A stretch of DNA of 63,776 nt, counting the filler, from Platydemus manokwari (Eukaryota): the NCBI GenBank assembly GCA_037951405.1. It is 6 parts of 6 records of this genome, joined end to end, with 100 filler letters (N's around TTAATTAATTAA, not from the genome) between each part and the next. Parts side by side here need not be neighbours in the genome. Positions count along the whole stretch, not along the records: positions 1 to 13,323 come from JBBMOY011759174.1; positions 13,424 to 23,006 come from JBBMOY011229432.1; 4 more parts are not named here. The stretch is one strand, 5' to 3'. Positions 1-14,389 of the stretch are shown here, in pieces. The translations under genes and the position numbers were made by a program. The notes beneath the pieces were generated by a model. The model had not been told where the DNA came from. It did not search any database and saw only the letters and a program-made list of their open reading frames with translations. The first letter of the stretch is position 1. Every line of letters starts with the position of its first letter.

Positions 1-1080
1 ATTAATGAAGAAAAATGAAAATCTATAAAAAATGTCCATAAAATAAAGAAAATTAATATTTTAATGAGTAGCTTTCATAATTAATTTAAAATACTTTGTT
101 ATTTACTTAATCTTATTTATGACTATTATAAAAAATAGTGCTATTAATAATAAATAGCAAAATCTATTTCATTTATAGTTTCTATCAAACTATTATTATC
201 ACAACTCAATTAAGTTCTTCATTCTATTTCCTTTTCTTAAATAAAATATTTCACAAACTAGACAGAATAAATTTATTTAAATGAACTGTTATATAGATAC
301 AATTTGTTTTACAATTAATTAAATTCCTTTATAAATGGAACTTATTGCTTTACTTGATAGACTTTTAGATCCTATTTACAAATTAAATCCCTTTGAAATG
401 TTTTTATTATTTCTTATCAGTTTTCACCTCTCGCTTTGTCTTGAATTATCAAAATATTCGCTTAAAAAGAAGGTAATTCTTGATTTGAAATAATATTTCC
501 CGGAATACACCTTGAGTTTAGTAATTGCTTAGATATTATATATATATATAATTAAAATTTATTTATATATATATATAATTATAATCTTCAACATTTTCAA
601 TTTTATTATATTAAACGTACAAGTTTTGCATCGAGAAATTCTTCACAAAAAACAGTAATTAATTCTTGAGCTGTATTGATGTGAATTCTAAAAACAAACA
701 CAGTAAATATATGCAAAACCTTTTATTTGCTAATTAAATTTTCAAAAATGTTTTCAAATTTAAAACAAAATAATAATTATTATTATTTTCATTACTATTA
801 TTAATTTATTCAAATAACTAACATCTTACTTACTTAATTACTTAAATGATTGAGCGAATTTTATATCTTGTATCGGGATGGGTAATATTATCATTAATAA
901 TTATGCCTCAACATGTTATGAACTTTTACATTTGCAAAACACATTTATTCGTTTCGTCAGTTAGCGGAATATGAAGTCAACAACCACAGAAGAATACAAT
1001 TTCGTTTCCATTCGAAAAATCATAGCATATTTTTGTGATTTTTTGCTTAGTTACAATATTCATCAATATGTCCTTTGAAG
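1..1080 (+). repeat. About 1.1-kb diverged direct repeat, copy A
   Basis: Collinear with about 11300-12340 (aaaatgaaaat.tataaaaaatgtcca.aaaataaagaaa ... ttagttac.atatt.atcaatatgt). Confidence 0.85.
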
Positions 1081-4000
1081 CTATTGCATTTATTCTTCTC
1101 AAATTACAATTAGTGTTCTAGTAACTTTTAGCTGGGGAAAAAGGATCTTTCATATCTTTCTCTATTAATAATCATATCCAATGCTTACGTAATATATAAT
1201 TAAAATTTATTTTTTGTTATATAGTTGTTTTTAACAATGAAATTTACTTTGGTGATTTATTGAATAAATTCTATTGAAAAATTATGATTTATTGATTCTG
1301 TGTAAAATTGGTATTTTTAGTTTTGTTGGAAATGCTGAGTCAAGTTATTATTTATTATTATGCACCCACAGCTATCCCGATAGCTGTGTGACGGATTTAA
1401 ATTTACTAAGCTCATGACTTCATTTCTTTATCACAGGGATGTTTTCCCACCTTGTTAAGCGCGCCTGAATTTTATCCTGAAGATTATGTAGGTCCACAAT
1501 AGCAAACTGTATCTCTTAAGTATTTTAAAATTTTATTAATCTTATTTAATCGTTTTATTTTATCGTACTATCTTATCGAATATTTTTTAGTAAATTTTAT
1601 TTTAGTTTCAGACAAACACTATTTTTAGGTAGAAAATAATACGAACCGATTTTATGTACTGAGATTACACTACACCAAATTTTCTAATTTATTTAGATTA
1701 TTTTGATCAAAGTCTGTTTTGTTTACCTTTGATTTCTTAACCGGAAATCAAAACTATACCAGGAAGATACTCTAATATTATCCAATTATAAAAACCCTTA
1801 AACTCCAGTATATTTCGTATTGTGTATTATATTAAAATAATTGTTAAAGTCGGTAAGTATATTTTCGCACTCTAATCAATATAGTGTTCCGAGACTTTTT
1901 TTTAAGTCAATTGTAATTTATGATTTGATTTTTTTACAAAAGATATCTGATTTTAACTTTCTTAACAAATTTGAACTTCATATTTTCTTTTCTATTAAAT
2001 ATAAACGAATCGATACAAAACCATTTTCGCTACAAACTATCAGACTAAAGAAAAGTATGTGCAAAAAGTGTGTATTTTACAAAATAACCTAAATTCTTTT
2101 TCTCGATTCTTTTATTCTTGTTTATAAATGTCAAAAACTATTCATAATGATTTTTGGGAATATTTTTAAAGAACTTTTATCATTCAAAATCTTAAATATT
2201 TTTGATAGTGCCATCATATATTGATATTTATAATAGATATTTTATGTTTCTGTATTTTTTAAAAATTTTCACTGCGGCCAGTGAATTGGATTTTATAAAT
2301 ATTTAAAGGCATGTCAATCAGTTGAAAATTTCCATTAACTAAGACACTAAATTATAGAAAACTATTTCAAAAATTTGCAGTGATTTTATTTATTTATCAT
2401 CGACTGTTATCGGATTCTCATGAAGATAAGAGGAGGTTGCAATGAAATCTAACAATAAACTCAATTCATGATTATGTTGTTTTGCGAAATAAAGTTGAAA
2501 TCTCATCAAAGAAAAACAATTTCGTAAATTATATTAACACTTTTATTTTTGAAAGCCTACATAATAATACAGGCATGGCAACCAACCTATTACAATTTAG
2601 TTAAACATAATTTGTAATCTTCGATTTCATTAGATCTCAGCATTCTGAAATGGCAAACCAAACAATTTTGGTCCTTTCTCACATTGTTTACAAGAATTTA
2701 TGTAATAAATTATATTATTCATAAATGAATGGGCAATCCGTTATTAAATTTGTGAGTTTCAAGTAAAATTCTCACCATTTTGATTATAAATTAATTTTAA
2801 TGCGTCAAAAATATTTGGGTTGCAGATTTAATTTAATTTAAATTTGAAATTTGGCGAGGAATATTTGATAATTTATTTATTTTTACGACCTATAACTTAA
2901 GACAGATATTTACCAATTCTACATAGTTTCATAAATTTATAAATTGAAATTTAAGTTTCAAAATTAATAATCCAATCAAATTTTCAGAATATTAAATTTT
3001 AAAATGTCTAAATGATATTAGATTTTGAACAAGCTATAAATATTCTTTCATTTTTTAAACCGCTACTATTTTGAAAATGAACGGAAAGATCACGGCACTA
3101 AATTATCTCTTTAAGTACAATTATTGAAACAAATTAATATCTTTTTATAAAAGTTGAATGAAATATTTAAGCATTTAATTCACTTAAAAATTCTCACGGA
3201 TATTATTTATGAATTTGGTGAATATTGTAATCTATTCTACAACGTCGTGATTATATGTATTCGTTATAAATATATTAGTATGTTTTTTGGAAGAAAGGTT
3301 ACATTTAATTTTATCCTAAAGATACTAAAATTGATTGCATTTTATCACCAATTGTGTAAGAATATGAGGATTTATTACACTTAAACATAACAGCATTCAC
3401 GGAGGAGTTGCACAAGTTCTCATGTCGGATTTTAGATTGAATTATTATGATTAATATGCCTGATATTCTGATTCGAGATTAATTATCATGGGTCCAAAAA
3501 CACAAGTACACGACAATAAGGTAAGTTTCAAATTTCGTTTTCCTGGAGATCGGTAATGGTTCTGCATTTCTCGTGATTGATGAATCGATAACGCTGGAAG
3601 TTGTCGCTCTTATCAAAAAGAATTTTGAGGTCAAGCATGTGAGATTGTCGTTAGATTTTGGTTTCAGATCCTAGTTTACTCGCAGAATCCGTTAGTTTTG
3701 TAACAATCTCCATGTCAAAGTCTTGTACTTGTTCTTAATTTTCTAAATGATCTAGGATTAATGCATGCAATTTTGAAGCTAGTCCCGTAACACCTACGCA
3801 GTGAATAAAAATATAAGCATCAGTTTCTTATTATATGTTGCAGTACTAGTAAAGTGCTGATTTATTTGCGTTGATAAATTAAGGTGTCTAATTGAGCAGT
3901 AAGAGATAATTTTACCCGTGGTGGATGCATAATCAAAGTTCGGGCGATATATAGAACTTTTTTAATGGTTTATGAGAGAAACGAGATGAAGAAATCAGTG

Positions 4001-4693
4001 AACCAGCCGTCATCTTTTTTCATTATGTACCAATGGTTTGAAGTATTGGATGAATCATTAATGGTGTATAATATCTAAGACTTTGCCATAGTTGTTTTCT
4101 GAAAAAAGTATGCCTTGTCAGGTAAGACAGTGACTTTTAGTTGAGGTTGATCATTATAATCATTGAATTCACAATCAATTTGAAGCTTCTAGGATTTTCT
4201 GACAGCAACTCTAGTCTTGGTCCACCAATTTGAGGAAGTTGATTTTTTGGGCGTCTTTGGTGAATCTTTACTTGATCAGGTTGTTTAAGTGATTTTTGAC
4301 AAACGACATGAATTAATGGTCCCGACTTGTTAGGAATCTGAATGCAAAAACAGTAGATGTAACATTCCATGACCATGGAGTTAGACCATGGGTTTGAGTG
4401 ATGAGTACAGAAAGTAATTTTTGCTGATTCTTGAGCCTTGTAGATAGTATAGGGGCTAGTAAAAATAATTTCGTTTTATTTAGGAAGAAAATATCTGAAG
4501 ATCAAGGTTAAAATTTTCTAGGTAGATCATTCTTAGGTGAAGCTTTTAAGGTAGATCATTACCAAGACTGAAAAGTTCAGGATTTAAATTAAAATAAATC
4601 GTTTAGAGTTGCTTAAATGAATTAGGCTAAAAGATAAAGGCATAGAAATGCGACATGAATTTCTTCGTTGTAATTTTAACACGAAATAACTTT

Positions 4694-5621
4694 TAGGGTG
4701 CTGAAATTCATTGCTTTCTTTTCAAAAGTTTAGGAGCAGTGAAAGTCGTAATACTTTGGAGAATACAAAAAATTTCGAAAGAGTTTGCAGGAGAACAGCA
4801 AACACTTTTTTATCAAAAAGTTTTAAGAAAAATTTTAAGAAGAGAAGTTCATTATTGTGCGTAAAATAATTGAAACGATAAGCTGGTCATCCATTTTAAG
4901 AGTCACTGACATCAAAGAAACGAGTGTTGGCTGCATATTGAAACAGGAACTTGAAAAAATTCACTTTTTAGCATATGGTTTCCTCATTTCTGAATGTTTA
5001 TTCAGCAAGAGGAGCTAAGGAAAAGGTCATTGTGATTGATGAAAAATGAATTTTTCTTCGAGATGTACCCCTGAAAGAATTCAACAGTGTTTAGGAGGAT
5101 AGTACAGGTGATCATCCAACTATTGGTAGGCAGGCAATATCTTATCACAAATTTCTAATTCACGTATTTTGAAATTCTTCATCATTGTGGATCTATCAAC
5201 CTACAATATTATTTGAAACTATCAAATAAGACTACCTGCTTGGAAAATGGTCATTCAGCACGACAATGCCTGACGTCACGCAGCACTGTCAACACGACTT
5301 TGGCTTGAAGAACATTGTGTGTATCTAATGGATCCCTTTCTTTTCAGGAACTACGAGTTCTTCTAAATTGGAAGAAACTTCAGTAATTCAATAGAGGTGA
5401 GCAACGATTTTCGCCAATATTTGGAGTCAACACCGGAGGCCTAGCTCAAAAGCGAGTTTCAGAATTTTCAAGTCACCTCCAGAGTGTCATTGACGCTAAT
5501 GGCTATGTTATGGTTTACCAACACTTTTAGCATTGCACATGAGATTTTTAAAAATAAATGTTTTTGATTTTGATAAGATTTTATCAACGTAGATAAACGA
5601 AATTCTTTTGGGTGGTCCCTA
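4694..5621 (+). mobile_element. Degenerate mariner-type transposase remnant (copy 1)
   Basis: KVIVIDEK* near 5025-5050 and VIQHDNA*RH near 5250-5280 (mariner catalytic D motifs); multiple stops and frameshifts; TAGGG...CCCTA ends. Boundaries approximate. Confidence 0.8.
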
Positions 5622-7691
5622 AACATACAATAGTATTGCAAACAACGAATTCAAATAATTATTTCACAATTCAACAAACATTCGATATTTGTGAATATTA
5701 TGCGAAAATATGTTATTATTAAATTTAAAAAAACAAATATTTTAGGAAAATTAACAAATTAAACAAAAATAAATTAAACAAAAGAAAAATAAAATAAAGA
5801 TTAATTAATAATATTAAAAGTTATTGAGTAACATTGTAAAATTTTTAATTCCCCTAAAAATCATTGGATTTTTAAGGTTAGAGAGCTTTAAAAATTATTA
5901 ATTAAAGGGATAATAGTAATGTAAATACCAAGAATTTGTGAGAAATCTTAGATATAAATTACCGGACTTCAGCAACGATATGAACCCGTAGATAAATCAT
6001 TTAAAAAATAGTTAGAACGTGATTTGACAATAATCAATGGAATTATAATATCGTTAGAACGAATATATTTGAAAAAGATTATAGTACAAAAAAGAAATAA
6101 CTATAACTACAACTAATTGATTTTGGTAAGCGTATTATTTTAAATAATAGATAATTAAGCTACCAACAGGATCGAACCTTTTTGGATCAATAATAAATAT
6201 ATCTTAAATTCTATAATTAAATTTGATAAAAAATTAAGAGTATTCTCGCAAGATAACCAAATCCATTTGTTGTCTAAATTAAATTGCTTGACATAAATTG
6301 TAAGCAATTGAGTTTGTAAAAGGAATAAAGCTTTATTTACTGTTAAATAATAAAAGCAAATTTTATCAATAGAAAATATAGATCTCGCATAAACATCTAC
6401 GACAACCCAATAGCATACAGACGATTTGTTAGTTTAAATAATTTTATATTTATATTTATATTTATATGGGGATTTAATTAGTATAGCGGAATCTATACTA
6501 ATTGTATCTAAAGGTTTTATCTGCCCGTTATTAATAAAGTTAGCAAGACCACAATTTAGTTACAAAACAATAAAGCTTCGCATGTAAGACAACTTGTATG
6601 AGTTCAAAAATTTCAACACAAATTCTGGAAAATGATTAAAAAGATCAAATGAAAATGATGGAGAACATCCAAGAAAAGGATTTTGATCTAGCAAGCCTAA
6701 ATTTCCAGATATGCTACCACAGTCACAGATATATAAAATATCCTGTTATTCCGAGAGACCCATTTCTCTGTAATGTAAACGTATTATGTTTATGTTGGTT
6801 AATATGCCCATAATTATATTTTTATACCTACAATAAATGTGTCAGGAAATGTATTAGAGAGCATCATTGGAGTATGAAATATTATTTTTGATTGACGTTG
6901 AATAGAAATAGTTTACCTAAAATAAAGATATAACTGAAGAAAGCTTTTTACGAATGATATGATTATAATTATGATTATACTTTTGGTTTTTTAATTTAAT
7001 AATTACGCTATTTATATTATCAGTTATTTATATTTTTTTAATTATGTGAGTCAAAATTTAAGTATTAAAAGAAATTCTGAATAAGCGGTGTTTTCTAAAT
7101 TCAATTAATTAAGATTGAAAAATACTAATGTTAAAATTTAAAAATGAAAAATTATTCAAATCTAAGAAAATATCAATTCAAAATGACTGAAATTATAAAA
7201 AACTAACAGATAGGACTATTATATTAAACGATCCTATTTGCAAAATTCTTCTATATGCAATTATTATATCATTTCTGAATTTTTTAACAACTGAAAGATG
7301 CCAAATGATTCTTATAATTTAAACAATCTAACAAAATAATGATCCATATTATGCATGCAAATTTTCAAAGATATTTAACCAATCAGATGAGCCAAATCAA
7401 TGATTAATTATTGAAGCTATGGAAATGTGAATAACTAATCGAAAAAAATTCTTACCAGTTGGTAAATTGATTTTCTTTATTACATTCTGTCATTCGAGAG
7501 TGGATTTTTTCTTTGTTAATTCTTAGATTTCACTAATCTGTAAAATACTTATTTAAAACAATAAATGTATATCCTACTAGTGAAATATTTTTGATAATTC
7601 AATCTTACTGATTACTGATAGTAATTTATTACAATTATTCTATTTATTTTATAAATTTGTGATTGACTCTAATTACTCATATTTGTAGTTT

Positions 7692-7706
7692 AATAATAAT
7701 AATGAT

Positions 7707-7749
<43 letters not shown>

Positions 7750-7813
7750 TTAATAATAATAATTTAAGTAATAATAATATTAATAATAAAATTAACTACA
7801 ATGATAATAATAA

Positions 7814-7844
<31 letters not shown>

Positions 7845-7845
7845 A
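7692..7845. repeat. (AAT)n followed by (ATT)n microsatellite
   Basis: Direct inspection. Confidence 0.9.
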
Positions 7846-7949
7846 AGGTTACGTCATAAACACTCTCAGGCATAATATTTATTTAAAAAATTACAGTAAG
7901 CAATTATTTAAACAAATACATTGTGTTTCTTTATTTAATACTCTTATGG

Positions 7950-8335
7950 CCTGCTCCATCTTTTCAGTCACTCTAACCGTCTGGATTTTATTGCATGAGG
8001 GAACGGAATTTCCACTTGGCTGTCTGACTTGAATCCGGTAATTCAACATGGCCGTCGTACTGGTATCTATTCTTCTTCATCTTATGGGGATCTACGCGAA
8101 CTAGCACCTTCTCTTCCATCGTGGAATATTGATGCCGCTATTAAAGCATAATATTTGATGAATCGCCGGTAATAGTTTGTCGATTTTGTCGTAATTAGTC
8201 CGAATGCCCTTGGCACTGACTGTGTGGTCAAAAAATCTTACTTCACCTTTGATAAGTGTACATTTATCCGGATTCACTTTCAGACCCAGCTCTTGAATTC
8301 TTCAAAACACGGCTTCCAATTCATCGTCATGCAGG
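7950..8335 (-). mobile_element. Internally deleted Ty3/Gypsy remnant (RT C-terminal part)
   Basis: Minus strand HDDELEAVF*RIQELGLKVNPDKCTLIKGEVRFFDHTVSAKGI, typical of Gypsy RT domains 6-7; GC-richer island. Confidence 0.7.
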
Positions 8336-11299
8336 CAGGCAGGCCTTCCTAAAAGAGTAGAAGTGTTAGGAAAATGGTTTTAATTTACATAAGACTGTCG
8401 AAAATTCTCTCAAAATTACTAATAATATCATCATTAATTAAGAAGATATCGCATAGGATTCCTTAAAACCAAAATTATCAACTATCACCTCACTAATAGA
8501 ATGAGTTAATATACTAACTTATACTGTTAAAGAAGAATTGCAAGAAATTTCCACTTTAATCAAGGTATAGCATATTATCAGACAACAATGACCTTCAAAT
8601 ATTACTTCAGAGTCCTTTAGCTGAACAACTACACTGGATATTAAAATCATATTTAGAAGTATATGAAATTGTAACGAAGTATTTGAATTAAATGATTTTG
8701 GGTACGGTCAATTTTTGCACAAACTACTGAAAGAGAAGGTATATCAAATGAAATGAAATCGCACAGTACAGGAAAATATCGACACATTATATAAGCAACA
8801 TTGTGGATTATAAAGCTATTTTGAAAGAAAATCTTAAGGAAAAAAGAAAATCAATGAAATTAATTGAGGATATTCATAAAAAGACTTCTATTTGGAAGAC
8901 AGAAAACTAAAAAAATATTAAAAAATTAGGAATGAAGTTCCAATAACTAAAGAATGGCCACTTAAATATATTTGTAAAAGGTAACACTGAGTAATTTGTT
9001 AGGGTTTTAGTTTTTTTTTAATAATTATCGATTAGTATACAAGTCATACAATTAGGTAATCAAACCATATTGATACATGTATTGTTTAACCAGTAATATA
9101 TTAGCTCGCTGTGAATATTTGAATTATTTTTCCAAAGCATTTATAAAATAAAATTCTTGAGATTTTTGCTTTGATATCATTGATATCAATGAAACCGAAT
9201 GACTTGATTATTAAATTTAATTCCTTTGAGCAGCGCACTAAATTTTTATTAATGTTGATTTTATACATATTGATTCGAAAGTGAATAACGGATGTCAAGT
9301 CTATTAATCTATAAAATAGAATAAATAAACAGTAAAATAATATTTTATTTCATCTTTCAAGAAAATGATGACATGAATGACTTGAGTAACATAAAACACA
9401 ATTTATGAATTAAGAAATTATAAAAAAAAATTGATTGATCAAAATAACCAAAAAATCAATTTATTAAATAAGGCGATTTTTGCAATCTGATCATTTCAAA
9501 CACAGTCATCATTCTTTTGAAATAGGTGTAATAATCGGGTCTCCAGATGAATCTACTCATTTTCCAGTTTCATCATTATCATAAATAATACTATCATCAT
9601 CATTTTGTAAATGTCCTTGGTAATTTGTGTCAGCACTAAGATAATTATGAAAATGAATTACTTTATTTGATGTTTTTATACTTTCTAAATCAAATTTTAT
9701 AGAGTCCCAACAGGTGGGAAATTTTTTAAAATCTTATTTATTATTATTGATTTTATAAATGATTTAGAAATTTAGATTTCAGAATGATTCAGATTTTAGA
9801 AACCAAATTTAAATATTGAGGTTTTAATATCCATTAAAGGCTCACTCGGTACAGTTCCATTCTCAACAGAAGCAATTTTGGCAAAAGTTGGTGTGCAAAG
9901 AATAAAACCTGGTCAAAAATTGGCACCAATGAACATTCAGCAAAAATCTGACATTTTCATTGAAGCGGTGTTTTTTTACACTTCATTTAAACTGCACAAA
10001 ACCATATAATCCCTATCCATCCAAAAGCCCAGATGAGTGGAAGAAGAAAACATATTTGTAACAGGCAATGCCTCTACTGTACTAATGACGTCACTAATCG
10101 AAGCTTTCAAACCCAAGCAGATCAAAATCAATCCGAATAAAACAAACAAATTTTTTATTTAAATAAATCTTGTGACACACCCAAGCCAATTTCTAAGCTT
10201 ATTCATATGATAAATGCTTACAAATCGAAGGTAACGAATAATTAAGTTAAGAATATGAAAGTGAAATCAAGACAAGATTAACAATCATAATTCAAAGAAA
10301 TTATTTTACAAATTAGGGAAATTATTAGCAACTGAAAAGAAGGAACAAAATAATGTTTATGATTCAATAATTGACTAGTGTCATAACTTGTCTCATTTGC
10401 TCTATGAAAATTTGAGGGCTCAGTTGTTGTGTATTTAATTTATTTTACATTCTATTTAATTCAGCTTTTTTTTCTTAATTCTTTAGAGTTTCTTAGAATT
10501 TCTTCATTTTTCAAAACGTCACAAAATCTAATTTCGCTAAATTGACTTTTTTTCTTTTCGTTATTTAACCATTCTCAATATTGACTTCCTTGATGTTTGT
10601 TCACATTTCATTGATGTTAATCATTAGTACTGAACCATTCGTTTATATTCTGCTTTATTGGTTCTTTCATCATGCACATCTTCTGCAGTTCTTTTAATAC
10701 GTTTAATAATCATTTCTTTCACGTTATAATGACAGAAATATAATGGATTCTCCCAATCTTATATTTTGTTTATAAATCTTGGTGTTCGGTATCATTTCTT
10801 TACTAAAATTGTAAATGCTTATCTTTTTTATTATCCAGGTGCACAATTTGATGGTTTCATTTAGGATTTTGGAGACATTGCTAGGGAATTTCTCAATATT
10901 TTTTTCCATATTTGATATCAGTCTATTATCTGATGTTTCATTACTATACTTTTGTTCCTGCAATAACTACTGTTTGGATTAGTAATTCATTCTGTCTTTC
11001 GAATTTTTTATTTAGTTAAATACCCCTCCACTTGTTTGCTTTATCTCATTTTTCTCGAGCGTCTTTAATTCTGTTTATGTTTCTTTCATATTGAATCAAT
11101 ATAATATTTTCCTTTAATTCTATTTTTTCTTTATCATTTGTCACTCTTTTACATTGTCACGAAGTGTTATTTATTTTCACAAATCCATCGAAATAAATAG
11201 TAATTCATGTATCAATAATAATTTAATAATAATAATTATTATTATTAAAATTTCATTTATTCAAGAATTTTCAAATTATAATTTTACACATCGTAGAGC

Positions 11300-12340
11300 A
11301 TGAATGCAAAAAATGAAAATGTATAAAAAATGTCCACAAAATAAAGAAAAAAAATAACTTAAGGAGTATCTTTCGCAATTAATTAAAAATACTTTGGTGT
11401 TTATTTATTGATTTACCTAATATATTTATCTATTGATAATAATTATAATAAAATAGTGCTGATAATAATAAATAGCAAAATTGATTTTATTTGCAAGTTC
11501 TAACAAATTATTATTATCAAAACTCAATTAATTCTTTATTATATTTCCTAATAAACGTATTTCACAGAATTGTTGTATAGATATGATTTCTCTACAACGA
11601 TTAACGTGCGTTTCAACTCGAACAAAGTTGTTTTTATTCCTTTCCTTGATAAACTTTTAGAAAATAATTACAAATTAAATCATTTTCAAATTTATTTATC
11701 ATTTCCTTTATTTAAATGTTGCTTTATCCTTATAATATCAAAATATGCACTTACAAAGTAAGTATTTGTTGATCTAAATTAAGATTTTCAGGAGAAAATT
11801 TGTTGCTTGATAATTGGTTAAATATTATTTTAATCTTCAACATTAAAAATTTTATAATATTAAACGTACAAATTATGCACCAAGGAATTCTTCATAAAAC
11901 AGTAATTAATTTTCGAGCTGCATTGATGTGAATACTAAATACAAACAAAGTAAAAATTTGCAAAAGTTTTTATTTCCTAATTAGTTTTTCAAACATTTTT
12001 ATTATTTTAAAACAAAATTATGATTATAATAATTAATAATATTAATATAAAATTAAAATAACAAATTTATTATCAATTACTTCAATAATTGAGTGAATTT
12101 TATAAATTTTATCAAGACTGGAGATATTATTGTGGACACACATGCTGAAAATGATGTAAATTTTACCATTTGTGAAACTGTAAAACATATTTATTCGTTT
12201 CGTGATTAAGTGGAATTTCACACTCATCATTTATAGAAGAATTTCATAAATTATTTCAGTTTCATTTTCATTCAAGAAATAATAATACATTAATTATTTG
12301 TAATGTCATGTTTAGTTACGATATTGATCAATATGTTTAT
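11300..12340 (+). repeat. About 1.1-kb diverged direct repeat, copy B
   Basis: Collinear with 1-1080. Confidence 0.85.
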
Positions 12341-12600
12341 TGGGTCTATTGAGTAACCAATCTCGATAACCATACTATAAGCCAGACGTCACGGTTATAC
12401 AGTCTTATTTCTGAACACTGTCTGTACATGTTCATGAAATCTGTGCGATCCGTCATTTTATTTTTAGAGGTTTACTTAGTACAATAGCACTATGTGAATG
12501 TATTATCTTTGCAAATTCACTGTACTACTTAAATTAATCAATTGGTTCGTTAATAGTATTTCAATGGTTTATGAAACGTAAAAGAATCGTTCGTATCGTT

Positions 12601-12688
12601 TTTATTAATGGTTTTATTCAAAGCCTCGGTCATATATAATATTTTAAAATTATATATGACCGAAGCTTTGAATAGATCCATTAATAAA
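12601..12688. repeat. Palindrome with 40-bp arms and 8-nt loop
   Basis: 12601-12640 matches the reverse complement of 12649-12688 at 37/40 positions. Confidence 0.92.
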
Positions 12689-13323
12689 TATGATATTTAT
12701 CACAAATTTTCACTGGTCACAGGATGTTACTTAATACACTTGTCTTAACTACTTATATATCTGACGAGTCCAACATGATCACAAATTGGTAAAGTAAATA
12801 AATAAAAAAAACGAGGCTATATATTTAAGTTTAGGATCAGCCACAAATTTTAGTTATCAAATATCACTAAAACAGAAATAAATAAATGATTTACTTTTCG
12901 GATAAGAAAGTCACTTGAAACAGAACTTTCCTTCAAGATAAGAGGAGTATAAGTAAATTCTAAAGATAGATTTTCCTTGAAACGATAAGAAAATCAACAG
13001 CAAATAAGAAATTTTAATTTTTAAGATAAACAAGCTTAGAGAAAAAACTTATGCTCTCTGGCGTCTTTCAATAAAAGATGTTCATCAGATGGTAGACGAC
13101 AAACAAGAAGTTAAACTACATAGAAAACACTTGACCTATCAAGTCAACAGGTAAAGTAAACAAATATCGGAATAGGTAATCCCAGAACTCGTTTTATTAA
13201 TCCATATTTTGGTAATAATGGTATTAGGTGTATTAGTATGATTCCTGCTTTTACAAAAATGAGTTAAAATTTGTATTTCAATGAATAAATTTAATTGTTA
13301 TCATTTATTAATTGTAAGGTCAT

Positions 13324-13423
13324 NNNNNNNNNNNNNNNNNNNNNNNNNNNNNNNNNNNNNNNNNNNNTTAATTAATTAANNNNNNNNNNNNNNNNNNNNN
13401 NNNNNNNNNNNNNNNNNNNNNNN
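13324..13423. other. Artificial contig linker (N44-TTAATTAATTAA-N44)
   Basis: Six-frame-stop spacer; the same linker occurs at 23007-23106, 32911-33010, 42967-43066 and 53009-53108. Confidence 0.97.
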
Positions 13424-14389
13424 CATTAAATAAATATTTTAAAAAATGTTTTTGTTTTTAAAAAAAAAAAGCCGGAATCATACTAATACACCTAATATTT
13501 TATTTTGATTTTACATTTTTTAATTTATATATTGGACAACAAGAAACATATAAAATAGCTGAAGATATTTTAAAAAGAATTTGAAAAGAAGAATATATTT
13601 TTATAATGACATAATAAATATTTAAACAATAGAATTCCTAATTTTGCATATTATGATTGAGCAACAAGGAGATGAATGAAAATTATATTAATAAGTGTAA
13701 TGGAATAAACATAACTTTTTATAATTTGCCTTATAAATGTTAAGCAAATTATTTCTACTTCGAATGATAATAATGAAGGCAATTTTTGAACTTCACAATT
13801 AAATAAATTAAAATGAAAGCATGCTTAAAAATTATTTTATTTTTATGTTTTCTGTGTAAGAGTTCAATTTTTTTATTAATTAACGAAGTGCAAAAACTAA
13901 ATTTTGATTTTTCATCACTAAGCGACTCTAAACGATGGTTAGGATAAGAAAAGGAAAGGAGAAGAAAGAAAAATATTTCGTTTATATTAGTAAAATATTA
14001 AAATTGAAAGGACAAAATGGTGTGATGTCAAATAATAATTATTACACAACTAAATGGTTTAGACTTTTATTTAATAAGTTTTACTAACTTGTCTTATCAT
14101 GATTTGTTGCAATAACATATTTACCATTTAAGAAGAGTCCATAATGTAAAAGTATTTAAATAAAGATAAAAGTAAATAGATAATGAGCAAAGATAAGTTA
14201 AAATATAGAGAAAATAAAAAATTTTGACTTAAAATAAATAATAAAGTAGAAAAATAATTTTAAAATTAAATTATTAGTAAGAGAAAATAGCTATTTTAAA
14301 TTATTATTAGAAAATTATAATTTGTTTTAGTGTAATAAAATAATTAAATAAGGGAAATATCGATTAATATCAGGTGATATTAATCTAAA

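Noticed and set aside
530-588. AT-rich palindrome
   Set aside because: Explained by self-complementary (TA)n microsatellites
1367-1388. Perfect 10-bp hairpin CACAGCTATC-CC-GATAGCTGTG as a Helitron end or terminator
   Set aside because: No CTRR terminus at a suitable distance and no supporting element features
13368-13379. Recurrent TTAATTAATTAA as a biological repeat
   Set aside because: Always centred in 88 Ns; it is an assembly spacer with stops in all six frames
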